The notes under the pieces are model-generated. The model did not search any database. It saw only the letters and a list, made by a program, of their open reading frames with translations, and had not been told where the DNA came from. DNA of 64,000 nt from Octopus vulgaris (taxonomy: Eukaryota), in assembly GCA_951406725.2 (NCBI GenBank), contig OX597815.1, positions 193,130,001-193,194,000 on the forward strand, written 5' to 3'. The position numbers were made by a program, and so were the translations under genes. Positions 12,392 to 25,480 of the stretch are shown piece after piece (within the stretch, counting starts at the first letter, position 1; every line of letters starts with the position of its first letter).

Positions 12392-12450
12392 ACACACACA
12401 CACACACACGCACACGCACACGCACACGCACACGCACACACACACATATA

Positions 12451-12576
<126 letters not shown>

Positions 12577-12789
12577 TTCGACGGGCTTCTTTCAGTTTCA
12601 GTCTACCAAGTCCACTCACAAGGCTTTGGTCCGCCCGAGGCTATAGTAGAAGACACTTGTCCAAGGTGCCACGCAGTGGGACTGAACCCGGAACCATGTG
12701 GTTCGTAAGCAAGCTACTTAACACACAGCCACTTCTACGCCATTCATGCATCTTAACTGTACGTTAAAAATGCATAACGAAGTTTTAAA

Positions 12790-12930
12790 GAATTACGTCA
12801 GCTGGCTATATAACTGACATAGATATGCATGAACCGATAAGTGCTGCATGGTACGTATTTGATAAAAAGTATTATCATTGACAATGAAGCAAACTCGCCC
12901 ACGATAGCAACGTCACAGATATAAAATTAC
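12790..12930 (+). promoter_or_regulatory. Candidate proximal promoter of copy B (CRE-like TTACGTCA and ACGTCA, TATA-like GATATAAAA)
   Basis: Motifs lie 150-280 nt upstream of the ATG exon. The adjacent ATTACTGCTAAC block is conserved upstream of copy C (about 52826), which also has TGACGTA and TTACGTGA. Confidence 0.3.
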
Positions 12931-13073
12931 TGCTAACGCTGTCCAAAGTCCGTCCCAATTGTATTATTTTCACTGCGGCGAGTGAGACAAGTAATACCAC
13001 AAATTTTTAATTTTCTCAGAGTATACTCACTTCTACCGCCAACCACTTCACTCAGCAGCGCTTATTCACCAGT

Positions 13074-13083
13074 ATGGAACCCC
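13074..13083 (+). CDS. Dispanin gene copy B, 10-nt start exon (ATG GAA CCC C|gtaagt)
   Basis: ATG followed by a GTAAGT donor in phase 1, matching the phase-1 acceptor at 32042. It lies in sequence paralogous to 52800-53200, where the same arrangement occurs. Confidence 0.7.
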
Positions 13084-13339
13084 GTAAGTATATATAACTG
13101 ACTTTTCTCTATTCATCATTATATATACACTCCCAACTTTTATGATTCTATAACTTTTTTTTCCAAATGAATGCAACCACAACTCGACACATACGATACC
13201 TCCAGAGTACTAAGTTATCGTTCTGTCTGTTCATGAAATATATTAAAAGAATAATATAAACAAACTTGTAATATACGCTAGACAAATTAGATCCAAATTC
13301 TACAAAAGCTCTCCATTCATGTAGAGATATTTGAAGACC

Positions 13340-13449
<110 letters not shown>

Positions 13450-13468
13450 ACAGACATACATACATATA

Positions 13469-13500
<32 letters not shown>

Positions 13501-13649
13501 CATACATATATATACATATATATATATATGCATATATATATATACATACATATATACATACATACATACATACTTACATACATTCATACATACATACATA
13601 CATACATACATACATACATACATACATACATACATACATAAATACATAA

Positions 13650-13723
<74 letters not shown>

Positions 13724-13727
13724 ATTA

Positions 13728-13882
13728 ACAATTTAGAAATAGGATAAACTCTTCATTAGTAATTATCAGTAGTTAGCGTGAAAAACCTCATAACGGAAAA
13801 ATTAATAAATGTTTCCCTTATCAGTTTTTTACGCTAACTACTTGATAATTACTTAGAAAGATTTTATCCTATTTTTAAATTG

Positions 13883-13883
<1 letters not shown>
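13728..13883. repeat. Imperfect ~60-bp inverted repeat (foldback) between microsatellites
   Basis: ACAATTTAGAAATAGGATAAA..GTAATTATCAGTAGTTAGCGT is mirrored by ACGCTAACTACTTGATAATTAC..TTTATCCTATTTTTAAATTGT. Confidence 0.75.
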
Positions 13884-13961
<78 letters not shown>

Positions 13962-14029
13962 TGCTCTTTCTAGCGAGTCAGATATCCTATTCTTCGGTTA
14001 TCTCTTTTGTGTTTGAACGTATATATATA

Positions 14030-14412
14030 TATATATATATAAACGGCAGTTTGTCTGTGTGTGTTTCTGTGTGTCTGTTTGGTTGTAACCTCACTCTGAC
14101 CACGGCTTTCAACCGATTCTGATGAAACTTGACACACACATAGCCCAATGTCATAATTCAAAACTAACACAGCGAAAAGTTTGAAAAGTTCCCCCAGTTC
14201 TGAAAAAAAATCAATAAATTCGACATGGGGTCGAGAATCAGAAACACAAACCACAGACTGTCTAGGGGACGCAACTCCACCTTTTTAACTCTCAAAAAAA
14301 ATTACCATCGTTTTTTTCCCATTTTTTTGCTATATTTTGGCTATAACTATCTAAAAATGCTTTTTAGTTATTTCCCTTACAAACCCGAGCAACGCCGGGC
14401 GATACTGCTAGT
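14030..14412 (+). mobile_element. Non-autonomous Helentron/HINE-like element
   Basis: TATATAAA..GTCTGTGTG start, 3' hairpin CCCGAGCAACGCCGGG and terminal CTAGT, inserted in (TA)n. Confidence 0.6.
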
Positions 14413-14999
14413 ATATATATATATACAAGGGCAAACAATTCACAAGAAAAATAAATAACGGAAAATGAAAAATTAATTTGCGGAGATATTAATTCTGTTA
14501 TTATCCAATGTAACCATTTTACAAAACGATAATAACAGAATCAATAATATAGGCGATTGCAGACGCAAAAAAGGAATTATATACCTGAAGGATTAAAATT
14601 AATCAAAGGACATACTAAGTATATATATATAGTGGCATTCCGTCGCTTACGACGACGAGGATTCCAGGTGATCCGATCAACGGAACAGCTTACTCGTGAA
14701 ATTAACGTGCAAGTAGCTGAGCATTCCACAGACACGTTTACCCTTAACGTAGTTCTCGGGGAGATTCAGCATGACACAGAATGTGACAAGGCTGGCCCTT
14801 TGAAATACAGGCACAACAGAAACAGGAAGTAAGAGTGAGAGAAAGTTGTGGTGAAAGAGTACAGCATGGTTCGTCACCATCCCCTGCCGGAGCCTCAGGT
14901 GTTTTCGCGCAATAAACACTCAGAGCGGTCTTGGAATCGAAACCGCGATCCTATGACCACAAGCCCGCTGCCCTAACCACTGGGCTATTGCGCCTCCAA

Positions 15000-15047
<48 letters not shown>

Positions 15048-15062
15048 AAATATATGAAGTTC

Positions 15063-15137
15063 GAAACTCAGAGTTTTATCTTGACTACCGAGTAATATAA
15101 CATATTGTATATATATATATATATATAAGTTATTCTA

Positions 15138-15185
<48 letters not shown>

Positions 15186-15265
15186 TTAGAATAACTTATA
15201 TATATATATATATATATATACAATATGTTACATTACTCGGTAGTCAAGATAAAACTCTGAGTTTC
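15063..15265. repeat. ~200-bp near-perfect palindrome centred on (TA)n
   Basis: GAAACTCAGAGTTTTATCTTGACTACCGAGTAAT..CATATTG and AAGTTATTCTAAGTTT are both mirrored on the right side. Confidence 0.8.
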
Positions 15266-15296
15266 AGATGCCGAAGTGGAAATCCACAACACCATC

Positions 15297-15349
<53 letters not shown>

Positions 15350-15360
15350 TATATAGAAGG

Positions 15361-15411
15361 AGCTTCTACAGGACTAGAACTGTTTCATTCAAGAGAAATC
15401 TTCAGGAAGCT
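15361..15411 (-). ncRNA. Type I hammerhead ribozyme in the left (inverted) PLE terminal repeat
   Basis: Reverse complement of 27122-27172. Confidence 0.7.
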
Positions 15412-15694
15412 AGTTAACAAGAATTGTATTGGTATTTATACATTTAGGCATGTTTAAAGGGGTGTTGGTGGGGGACTTTTGGGGGTAGGCATAGTGCAAA
15501 ATATCATACTTGGGGGAGTGGTCAAGGAGTCAGTGTTAAATTAGATAGAAGAATAAATAAAAAAAAAAAAATAAAAAAATATAAAAAAAAATATATAAAA
15601 ATATATAAAAAAATATATATATCCTTAAATCCTTAAAAATGTTTTAGCCCGAAGGCCGCGGCCATGCTGGGGCACCACCGCTGAATGAGCTACA

Positions 15695-18600
15695 CTAGTT
15701 TGTGAATCCACCTCTGATACGTGGCACTTGATCAACAAGGGAGTTCGATGCTGCTGCCCGCATCCGTGTCTCCTGTCGTGAGGTAGGTTCATCTGGGACT
15801 CCCAACAAGAAGAGATCCAGTTTAGTTTTAAAGAAACCCACATCCACACCATGTAAGTCTCTCAGGCATTTAGGGAGGATGTTAAAGAGCTGTGGTCCTC
15901 TGAAACCCAAGCTGTTGCAGTATCTGGACCTGTATTTTGATGGTGATGTTGGAATCCTTGGCACCACGCAGCGGCGCCCCGTTCTGCGGTTGGAGTAACT
16001 TTGAATGCCAAAGTTTGGGACAAGACCCTCCAGGATTTTCCAGATGTATATCACTGCATATCTCTCCCGCCTCCGCTCCAGGGAGAAGAGGTTTAATACC
16101 TTCAGTCTTTCCCAGTAGCTGACATTTTGCATTGAGACGATTTTCTTTGTGTAGCTTCTCTGAGTTGCTTCGAGTTCTGCTGTTTGTTTTATATTGTGTG
16201 GTGACCAAAGTTGGGAGCAGTAGTCCAAGCGGCTGAGGACAAATGTTTTCCATAGGACCATCAGTGTCTCCTTCTCTCTTGTTCTGAAAGTTCGGAGAAT
16301 CCATCCAGCTAGCCGTCTGCATTTTATCACCAGATTAGCAATATGCATTTGGAAAGATGCATCATTGCTCATGTCAATGCCCAGGTCACGCACTGATTTT
16401 GACTCAGGGATTGCAACTCTTCCTGGGCCAGTGTATCCAGTCTTCACGTCATTTACCTTTGTGTGCCAGTAGCGCAGGGCCTGGAACTTACCTGCATTAA
16501 ACTGCATGTTGTTGTCCTCAGCCCACCTGTATATTGTGTCCAGCTCATGTTGCAGATGCGCAATATTTTCAGGGTTTTGTATTGCGTGGGAGACTTTTGT
16601 GTCATCTGCATAGCTAGCAAGGGTGGTCATCGTAGCAACTGAAGGCATGTCTGAAAGGGCCACTATGAACATCAGTGGCCCCAAGACAGTGCCCTGTGGG
16701 ACACCGCTTGTTATTTGCGTTTCCCTGGAGGTGGCTCCATTGCTCACAACTGCCTGTTTTCTGTCTTTTAGGAAGTTGTGCAGCCACTCTCCAAGTTTCC
16801 CGCCTATGCCGAGACCACGCAGTTTGTGACAGATCATACCATGGTCGACTTTATCAAAGGCTTTTGCAAAGTCAAGATATATTACATCCACATTTGAGCC
16901 ATTTAGTAGCTGTTTCAACACCCAGTCATAGTGTTGCAGGAGCTGTGTTAGGCAGCCTCTACCTGGTCGAAATCCATGCTGGGTGTCAGACAGTAAGTCA
17001 TTTTCTTCAAGGAACATGATTAGTTTCTTACGGACTATTCGTTCCATGACTTTGCTGATGTGTGAGGTCAGAGAGATAGGCCTATAATTTTTAGCATCTG
17101 CTCTGCTACCTCCCTTATGGATAGGGCATATTACCCCCTCTTTCAGTTTGACTGGGAGCTTACCACTTGAAAGAAAGCTCTGAAAAAGAAGCTGTAGCGG
17201 TTTTGCAAGGGCTCGTTTGCACGATTTGAGAAGGATCGCTGGGAATCCATCAGGTCCAGCAGCTGAGTTTGTGTCAATCTCATCAATGGCTAGTGTGATA
17301 TCATCTTCTTCGATGTTGATGTACTCAAGTTTTGTCTCTTTGGCCGCTGGTAAAGTGGCAAAGAATTCTTCTGGGTTGTTTACTTGCCTGTGTCCTAGAG
17401 GTGTAGTGAACACACTTTGGAACTGTTCGTTCAGTATTTCACTTATCCTCGTGGGATTTCCTGTGAGAGAGCCATCTTTTTGGAAGAGAGGTCCTATTCT
17501 CTGGTGCACTGTGGCTGTCTCTTTGGCAAACTTAAAGAAAGCTTTAGGGTTTGATTTTATATTTTCTATTACCCAAGCTTCTTTATCTGCTCTCTCCTTT
17601 TCATGGGACTGATGTAGACTTTTCTCAGTTTCCATTAGCATTCTTTCGAGCCGAGACTTCTCACCACTTTTGGTGTGCTTGCTCAGGCGGTTTGCAATCC
17701 TTGTCCGTCGTCTCATAAGAATCCTCCTTTCTCTAGGGATCCTGTTTTTGTTCTTGTGTGTGCTGGCCCTGCACATTGGGACATATTTGTCACATATGGC
17801 TTGTATTATGGACATGAAGTGTTTGTGTTTCATGTTTATGTCCGGTGTGGAGAGACATTCAGGCCAATCCTGTTTGAGGATCTCTTTCTCAATCGACTTC
17901 CAGTTGGCTTTATGAAAGTTTAAGTTGGAGAGATGGTAGGTGCTTCGTATAGGCTGTGTGTCTGCTGGGGCTTTTGTTCCATACATAGACAGCTCTATTA
18001 TGTTGTGATCCGAGATCATTGTCGGCATCACATTAACATTATGGATAATATCCATATTGTTTGTGAAGCAGAGATCCAGTATATTATCTGCCCTTGTTGG
18101 TTGCAGAACTATTTGCTCCATGAAAGAGGTATTTGTGAGATGGAGCAGAGACTCCACCTGTGCCTGCTGATGGTGTGTCATCCCTGGGAGCATCTGCCCC
18201 CCAGGCCATTCCACATTGGGGAGGTTAAAGTCACCCATGAAGAATACACTGTTGTGCTGTTCAAGGTTGGTGAGGACTTCTCCTATTTTTGTTAGGCAGT
18301 CTTCAAACATGCCTGAGTGTTTTGGGGCGTCTGGTGGGCGATATGTAGTGCATATGACGATATTCAGTTGTCTTATGTGTACAATTTGAGTTTCACATAC
18401 TGAGTTTGAATATGACAGCAGGACCTGGGGCGTGAGGTCATCTCGGATGTACATTGCAACTCCACCATGGCTCCTCCCTTTTCTATCTGTGCGTATGACT
18501 GCATATTGCGGCATGTGTATTTCTGCATCACCTATATCGGGTTCAAGATGCGTTTCTGTGAGTGCCATGCATATAGCTTGATTGCATGTCACAAGGTCTC

Positions 18601-18799
18601 TCAGGAATGAAATTTTCTTTTTACAGTTTCCGCGCAGCAGCCCTCCTACATTCAGTAGAAATATTTTTGTGGTGTGTGTGTTGGTGTTGGTGTCTGTGGT
18701 GGACATCCTGCATCTGTTGGAGGTGGCCTTATGTGGTGGTAGTTCCAGCTTTGTGCTTGTAGCCAGGTCAGCTGCTGAACAATTTTTTGTGCCATGCAC
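15695..18799 (-). CDS. LINE ORF2: APE endonuclease + reverse transcriptase, 1034 aa, uninterrupted
   Basis: APE motifs LTETHL, YRPP, MGDFN, LDL, SDH; RT motifs NYRPISLTS, QHGFRPGR, YLDFAKAFDKV, GVPQGTVLGP, YADDTK. Confidence 0.95.
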   Translation of the reverse strand: MHGTKNCSAADLATSTKLELPPHKATSNRCRMSTTDTNTNTHTTKIFLLNVGGLLRGNCKKKISFLRDLVTCNQAICMALTETHLEPDIGDAEIHMPQYAVIRTDRKGRSHGGVAMYIRDDLTPQVLLSYSNSVCETQIVHIRQLNIVICTTYRPPDAPKHSGMFEDCLTKIGEVLTNLEQHNSVFFMGDFNLPNVEWPGGQMLPGMTHHQQAQVESLLHLTNTSFMEQIVLQPTRADNILDLCFTNNMDIIHNVNVMPTMISDHNIIELSMYGTKAPADTQPIRSTYHLSNLNFHKANWKSIEKEILKQDWPECLSTPDINMKHKHFMSIIQAICDKYVPMCRASTHKNKNRIPRERRILMRRRTRIANRLSKHTKSGEKSRLERMLMETEKSLHQSHEKERADKEAWVIENIKSNPKAFFKFAKETATVHQRIGPLFQKDGSLTGNPTRISEILNEQFQSVFTTPLGHRQVNNPEEFFATLPAAKETKLEYINIEEDDITLAIDEIDTNSAAGPDGFPAILLKSCKRALAKPLQLLFQSFLSSGKLPVKLKEGVICPIHKGGSRADAKNYRPISLTSHISKVMERIVRKKLIMFLEENDLLSDTQHGFRPGRGCLTQLLQHYDWVLKQLLNGSNVDVIYLDFAKAFDKVDHGMICHKLRGLGIGGKLGEWLHNFLKDRKQAVVSNGATSRETQITSGVPQGTVLGPLMFIVALSDMPSVATMTTLASYADDTKVSHAIQNPENIAHLQHELDTIYRWAEDNNMQFNAGKFQALRYWHTKVNDVKTGYTGPGRVAIPESKSVRDLGIDMSNDASFQMHIANLVIKCRRLAGWILRTFRTREKETLMVLWKTFVLSRLDYCSQLWSPHNIKQTAELEATQRSYTKKIVSMQNVSYWERLKVLNLFSLERRRERYAVIYIWKILEGLVPNFGIQSYSNRRTGRRCVVPRIPTSPSKYRSRYCNSLGFRGPQLFNILPKCLRDLHGVDVGFFKTKLDLFLLGVPDEPTSRQETRMRAAASNSLVDQVPRIRGGFTN

Positions 18800-19555
18800 A
18801 AAAAAGATTGCTGTTCAGCTGCTGCCCTTCTCACATCTGGGTGAAGCTGGCCACCTGTTGGGTTTCCGCGCACCACATCTGCATACCGTCTTTCAGTAGT
18901 GGTCAGTGCGCTTTTTTCCCTTCTTTTAACTTTTTGTTTTTGTTTTTGTTCTCCCTGAGGGAGGGACCTCTGTCTCGCGTCCATGCGGTTTTGGTAGGGC
19001 CTCCGATGTGCAAAGCGACAGTTTGCACCTTCAACGCCGTACCAGCAGTCCCCCCCTCAGGTAGAATTTGCAGGTGTTTCTTTCCCTGCCCTTACAGTTT
19101 TTGCTGGGGTCCCTCTGCTTTCTCTGGACAGGGCTTCCTTTAGCCTTGATTCTGTCACCCTTTACCTCCTGCTTCCCATCAATTCCAGGGTGCCTTTCCT
19201 TTCTTGCGGCCATCGCACCTATTTGGTCTTCAGTTGTGGTGTTGGAAGCTGGACATGTGTCATCGTTTCCCTGTGTTCCAGGCTTCTCCATTTGGCTCTG
19301 GATGCTTTCCTCATCCTTTTGGCCCTCCCTGCTGCCGTCACCTCCCAGGATGATGTCCAGGGTGTCCACATGTTGCCTGATTAGAGCGTACGAATGGATA
19401 ACTTCTCTCTTCTTTCGCTCTATCTGGGCGGTGGTTCTCGAAAAATTGTTGCTTTTCAGCGCCGCAGCAATAATGTCGTTCGGCGAGTCGTCCTCAGCGA
19501 TCTTCCAAGCGCGGACGAACAATTGCACCTCTCTCGCAGACCAGTTTCTTGCCAT
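18652..19555 (-). CDS. LINE ORF1 (Myb/SANT-like N-terminus, CCCH zinc finger), split by +1 G in a homopolymer at 19050-19056
   Basis: Starts MARNWSAREVQLFVRAW...SRTTAQIERK. Removing one G joins track ORFs 19031-19555 and 18652-18984 and yields CKFYLRGDCWYGVEGANCRFAH. Confidence 0.7.
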
Positions 19556-21366
19556 TTTCTTCTAGTGAAATATAGGAACAGAGAGAGAGATAGAGAAGGA
19601 GAGATATGGAGAGGGAGAAGAGAAAGGAGAAAAGCCAGGGGGGGATAGAGAGAGAGACGAGGGGATTGTCCTGAGAGAAGAGAGAAAGAGAGAAAATAAG
19701 AGGGAAAAAAGAGAAAGGTGAAAGAATGGCAGGTCAGCAGGGGGAGAGTGAGCGGGATAGAGGTGTAGTAGAAAGGGACAGGGTGGAAAAGTGAGACAAG
19801 AGGGTGGACCCTAGGGGGAGCAGGGAGAAGAAAGGCGGAGAGATAAAATGGAGAGAAAGAGAGAGATGAAATGGAGAGGGAGAGAGAGAGAGGGCAGGAT
19901 AGAGGTACCAGGGAGTGAAGTAAAGGGACAGAGAGGGTGGTGTGGAGGAAGGAGACAGAGAGAGGAAAAAAGAGACAGGGGGTGGTGAGCCTTAGAGGGA
20001 ACAGGGAGAGGAAAGGTAGGAAGAAAAAGGGGGAAGAGGAAGAGAGGGGGCGCAACAGAGTGTAGTAAAGAGACAGGGAGGGTGGTGTAGAGAAAGAAAT
20101 AAGGGGACAGAAGGGGAAGAGGAAAAGGGGTTTGACCTGTGAAGGAGCGGAGAGGAAAGAGGCAGAGAGAGGGAGGGGGAGTAACAGAGAGAGAGAGAGA
20201 AAGAGGGCGGCATATAGATACAAGAGAGAATGAGTGAAGTTGAGGAACTGAGAGAGGGGGTGAGGTGAGAGAAAGTTGATCTGAGAGAGATGCAGAAAGA
20301 GAAACGATTGCAGAGGGAGAGAGAGGGAGGAGGGGAGAGTGAGAGCGGAAATAGAGGGTCTGGTGGATGGGGAGACAGATAAGGTATAAACTGTATGAGA
20401 GAGATAGAAATAGAAATGTAAGAAAGAGAGGGAGAGATTATAAAGATAGAATAGCGCGTATTTTTATATCTTTTTAATTATTATTTTCTGTTTGAAAGAA
20501 CACTAATGATAACAAATAATAAAAATGTATGAGAGAGATAGAAATAGAAATGTAAAAAAGAGAAAGAGAGTGCGTGGCAGGCACGGAGGACGAAATTATA
20601 AAGATTATAAAGATAGAATACCGCGTATTTTTATATCTTTATATCTTTTTTTTTTTTTTTTTTTTTAATTATTTTCTGTTTGAAAGAACACTAATGATAA
20701 CAAAATAAATAATATCTTACCTTACCGGCTGAGAGAGTACTTACGTGATTCCTTTTTATAAGAAAGGAAGATAGATAGACAAGACAGACCTTTTATATTC
20801 CTCCACAAGCGCACTTTGTAAACAAAAGGGGTTTGAGTTTCGATTTAGCACATGCAACAGTTTGACGATACTTTCTGTATTTTCCTAAGCGATATGGTAT
20901 TAAGCAGCAAATTTTTCAGAGGCTTTTTTCACATATATATAAAAAAAAAAAGGGAATAGAGTTTTAGGTAAATAAGGAGATTCTCACTTATACCTATGCA
21001 CATATGTATACATATATACACACACACACAAACGTACATACATATACATACACACATACGTACACACACACATATATACATATATATACACTTACACATA
21101 CATATCCATATCTACACATACACATATATGTATACATACACACACTCACATGCATACACGTATACACACATGTATATATACACACACGACCACACATACA
21201 TATACACACAGAAAAAAATATATACACATACACACACATACTCACATACACGCATACACACACATATCCACACACACACATGCACACACAGCACACTAGT
21301 CCCTATATACACATATATACACATACACACACATATACACACACATATATATACACACACATACAT

Positions 21367-21408
<42 letters not shown>

Positions 21409-21816
21409 GTGTACCTATGCATACCTACACATACACACATATATATACACATACAAATACAGACCCATTCCCTAATTTTAATTTTATTATCTTCATTTAT
21501 TACTTTTGTTATCTTTGATCGCTGGTCACAAACATCTTGGCTATGACAGCCAGTCCATTTATCTGTCTACTGGAAAACAAGCACTCATTTACTCACGCAC
21601 ACTCTTTAGCACGTACACTCACTCATTCGTACACTCATACACATACACACGCACGCACGCGTTATATTCATACATACATACATCTACATACATTCACGTA
21701 TGTACACATACGTACGCGTACCTACAGATTCATGTCTACACTCTTAGAAGGCTAGTCTATACATATACACCAATAAATATAAATACACACACATACATAT
21801 ACACCTACATACAAAT

Positions 21817-21849
<33 letters not shown>

Positions 21850-21868
21850 CATACACATCCACATATAT

Positions 21869-21913
<45 letters not shown>

Positions 21914-22136
21914 TACATACATATATATATATACATATACACACATACACATACATACATATACACACATACACATACATACGTATACATACATACATAC
22001 ATCCATACATCCATAGATACATACATTTATACACATACACACACCCACACGTATACATATACGTACATATATATACGCGCATGCATACACATACAAATAC
22101 ATACACATACGCATATACATATACATACATACACAT

Positions 22137-22193
<57 letters not shown>

Positions 22194-22831
22194 CACACAC
22201 ATACATATACATACATACATATACAAATATACGCACACACATACATATATACTCATATACACATACACGCACATACACATGTACATGCGTACCCATACAC
22301 ACACACACACACGCGCATCCATATATACACATAAGTACACACATGCGTAAAAGTATACATATATCTATGCTTACACATACACACATACACACTTGCCTCC
22401 TTATATTCATACTTACATGCATACTCAAAAAATAAGTAAATAGTAAAATATATATACGCGCAGTTATTCATACATGCATACTCAAAAAATAAATAATAAA
22501 TATTAAGTATATGTACGTGCAGTTACCTATTATATAGACGGATACATACATATAAACTTACACACATATATATATATATATATATATACATACATACACA
22601 CATATATATACATATACATATACATATATATATACACACACACATATACACACATATATATATATACATACTTACACACATGTACAAATACATACACACA
22701 TAGATAACTCTACGTACCTACATATACGTAAACACACGGGCGTACACGTATATGTACATATACACATACACATACACACGCATATATATACATACATACA
22801 TACACATACACACATATATACACACACATAC

Positions 22832-22863
<32 letters not shown>

Positions 22864-23393
22864 ATATATATATATATACATATACACACACACATATACA
22901 TGTGTGCAAACATACATACATACTCATACACGCACACACACTTACATATACATATATACACACACTTACACACATATATATACATACACATATACATACA
23001 TACAAACATATATGCATACATACACACATACACATATATATACATATACACATACACATACCTATACATATATATACACACATATATACACATGCACATA
23101 CTTATATCTCTACATACTCGCATATACATATATGTATATATATATATACACACACATACATATACCTATATACATGTATATATACACACACATATATATA
23201 CACATCTACAATTTGTATCTACACTCACATACATGCACATACACATAACTCTACATACCTACATATACATCGACATACTCGCGTACACTCATATATATAC
23301 ACATATATACATATACACCCACACATACATATACATATACATACATATATATATATATAAATATATACATAATACACATATAAACACACATAC

Positions 23394-23462
<69 letters not shown>

Positions 23463-23545
23463 CATACATACACATATACATACATGTACATATACATATA
23501 CATACACACATATACACACACATACATATATCAAAAATTGAGCGC

Positions 23546-23938
23546 AGGGACCTAGTATATACATGCGAGGTAAGATGAGGCCCTGACGATAAAAGAAAAT
23601 CCTACATCGGAATGACGTCAAACAGCTTTAAGACCCGTTGGTACGCACACACACACTCGTTCCGGCGACAGGATAAATCCAACCAAACTACCCTCGCCGC
23701 CCACATCTGGTACCTTAAAAGGAACTCCATCCCCTTCAAGACCAAGTGGAAACTACTACAGAAGGCGCGCTCGTACACAGGAGGCCATACCTGCTGTGAC
23801 CTCTGCATATCGGAGAGCCTAGAGATCTTATTCGCCAAAGGCCCTCTCCTTAACAAAATCTCAGAACACTCCCCAAATTGCATGCATAAGAAGTATGCGA
23901 ACTACAAGAACTATAGACCTACCCGGCAACCAGATTGA
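23546..23938 (+). pseudogene. GIY-YIG endonuclease C-terminal fragment of a Penelope-like element
   Basis: Reads [34 protein letters not shown]...TKWKLL...CDLCISESLEI...LLNK...CMHK; one TGA at 23576; no RT upstream. Confidence 0.85.
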
Positions 23939-24545
23939 TGACACCCCACCCACAAAACCCCCCCAATCCCACCGTTCCCCTAGCACCCCCGTTTACCTTT
24001 TCTCCTAAGACCTTCCACATATTGTATGTGCACGCCTGTATATGTGTATCGTATATATGTATAGAAATGTATGGGTATAGTAGGAATATACGCATGTATT
24101 ATGCGTGTGTGTGTGTGTATGTATGTAAAAAAAAATATATATATATGTATATGTATGTGCGTGTGTGTGTGTGTGTGTGTATATATGTATATATGTATGT
24201 ATGTATATATGTATATATGTGTGTATGCATATGTATGTGTATATGTATGTGTGTATGTATGTGTATGTATGTATAAAATATTATATAATTAGGGCTTAGT
24301 AAAATAAATTACTTTGCCACATACTGAACTTTCTAGAAATAGCAGCCAAAAAAGTTTTTTAGCCTATTCCACTACTTAGAGAATATTTTCCCTCAGACAT
24401 TATTTACTCAAAAAAATAATGGTCCTTTTACATACTGAATACTTGGTGAAACTGATTAATAACTAATTAACTTTACCCTCAATTGTTGATATATATATGT
24501 GTGTATGTATATGTATATGTACATGTATGTATATGTGTATGTATG

Positions 24546-24616
<71 letters not shown>

Positions 24617-24843
24617 GTATGTGTGTGTATATGTGTATTATGTATATATTTATATATATATATGTGTATATGTATGTGTGGGTGTATATGTATATATGTG
24701 TATATATATGAGTGTACGCGAGTATGTCGATGTATATGTAGGTATGTAGAGTTATGTGTATGTACATGTATGTGAGTGTAGATACAAATTGTAGATGTGT
24801 ATATATATGTGTGTGTATATATACATGTATATAGGTATATGTA

Positions 24844-24888
<45 letters not shown>

Positions 24889-25129
24889 GCGAGTATGTAG
24901 AGATATAAGTATGTGCATGTATATATATGTGTGTATATATATGTATAGGTATGTGTATGTGTATGTATATGTATAGGTATGTGTATGTGTGTATGTATGC
25001 ATATATGTTTGTATGTATGTATATGTGTATGTATATATATGTGTGTAAGTGTGTGTATATATGTATATGTAAGTGTGTGTGCGTGTATGAGTATGTATGT
25101 ATGTTTGCACACATGTATATGTGTGTGTG

Positions 25130-25220
<91 letters not shown>

Positions 25221-25449
25221 GTGTGTATGTGTATGTATGTATGTATATATATGCGTGTGTATGTGTATGTGTATATGTACATATACGTGTACGCCCGTGT
25301 GTTTATGTATATGTAGGTACGTAGAGTTATCTATGTGTGTATGTATTTGTACATGTGTGTAAGTATGTATATATATATATATATGTGTGTATATGTGTGT
25401 GTGTATATATATGTGTATATGTATGTGTATATATATGTGTGTATGTATG

Positions 25450-25480
<31 letters not shown>

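Larger units (their letters stand above)
15623..20932 (-). mobile_element. Apparently full-length CR1/L2-group non-LTR retrotransposon (LINE) inserted in the left PLE arm
   Basis: 5'UTR, ORF1, APE-RT ORF2 and a short 3'UTR with (TTTAAGGA)2 tail. The uninterrupted empty site is visible in the other arm at about 26895-26915. Confidence 0.9.

Noticed and set aside
19456-20223. 255-aa Leu/Ser/Pro/Phe-rich ORF
   Set aside because: It is a by-product of the polypyrimidine tract in the LINE 5' region.
23576-23578. In-frame TGA in the GIY-YIG fragment as possible selenocysteine (known in some Naiad PLEs)
   Set aside because: It is a single TGA in the variable linker of a truncated, RT-less, C-terminal-type EN. 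No SECIS was recognised, so a nonsense mutation is simpler.
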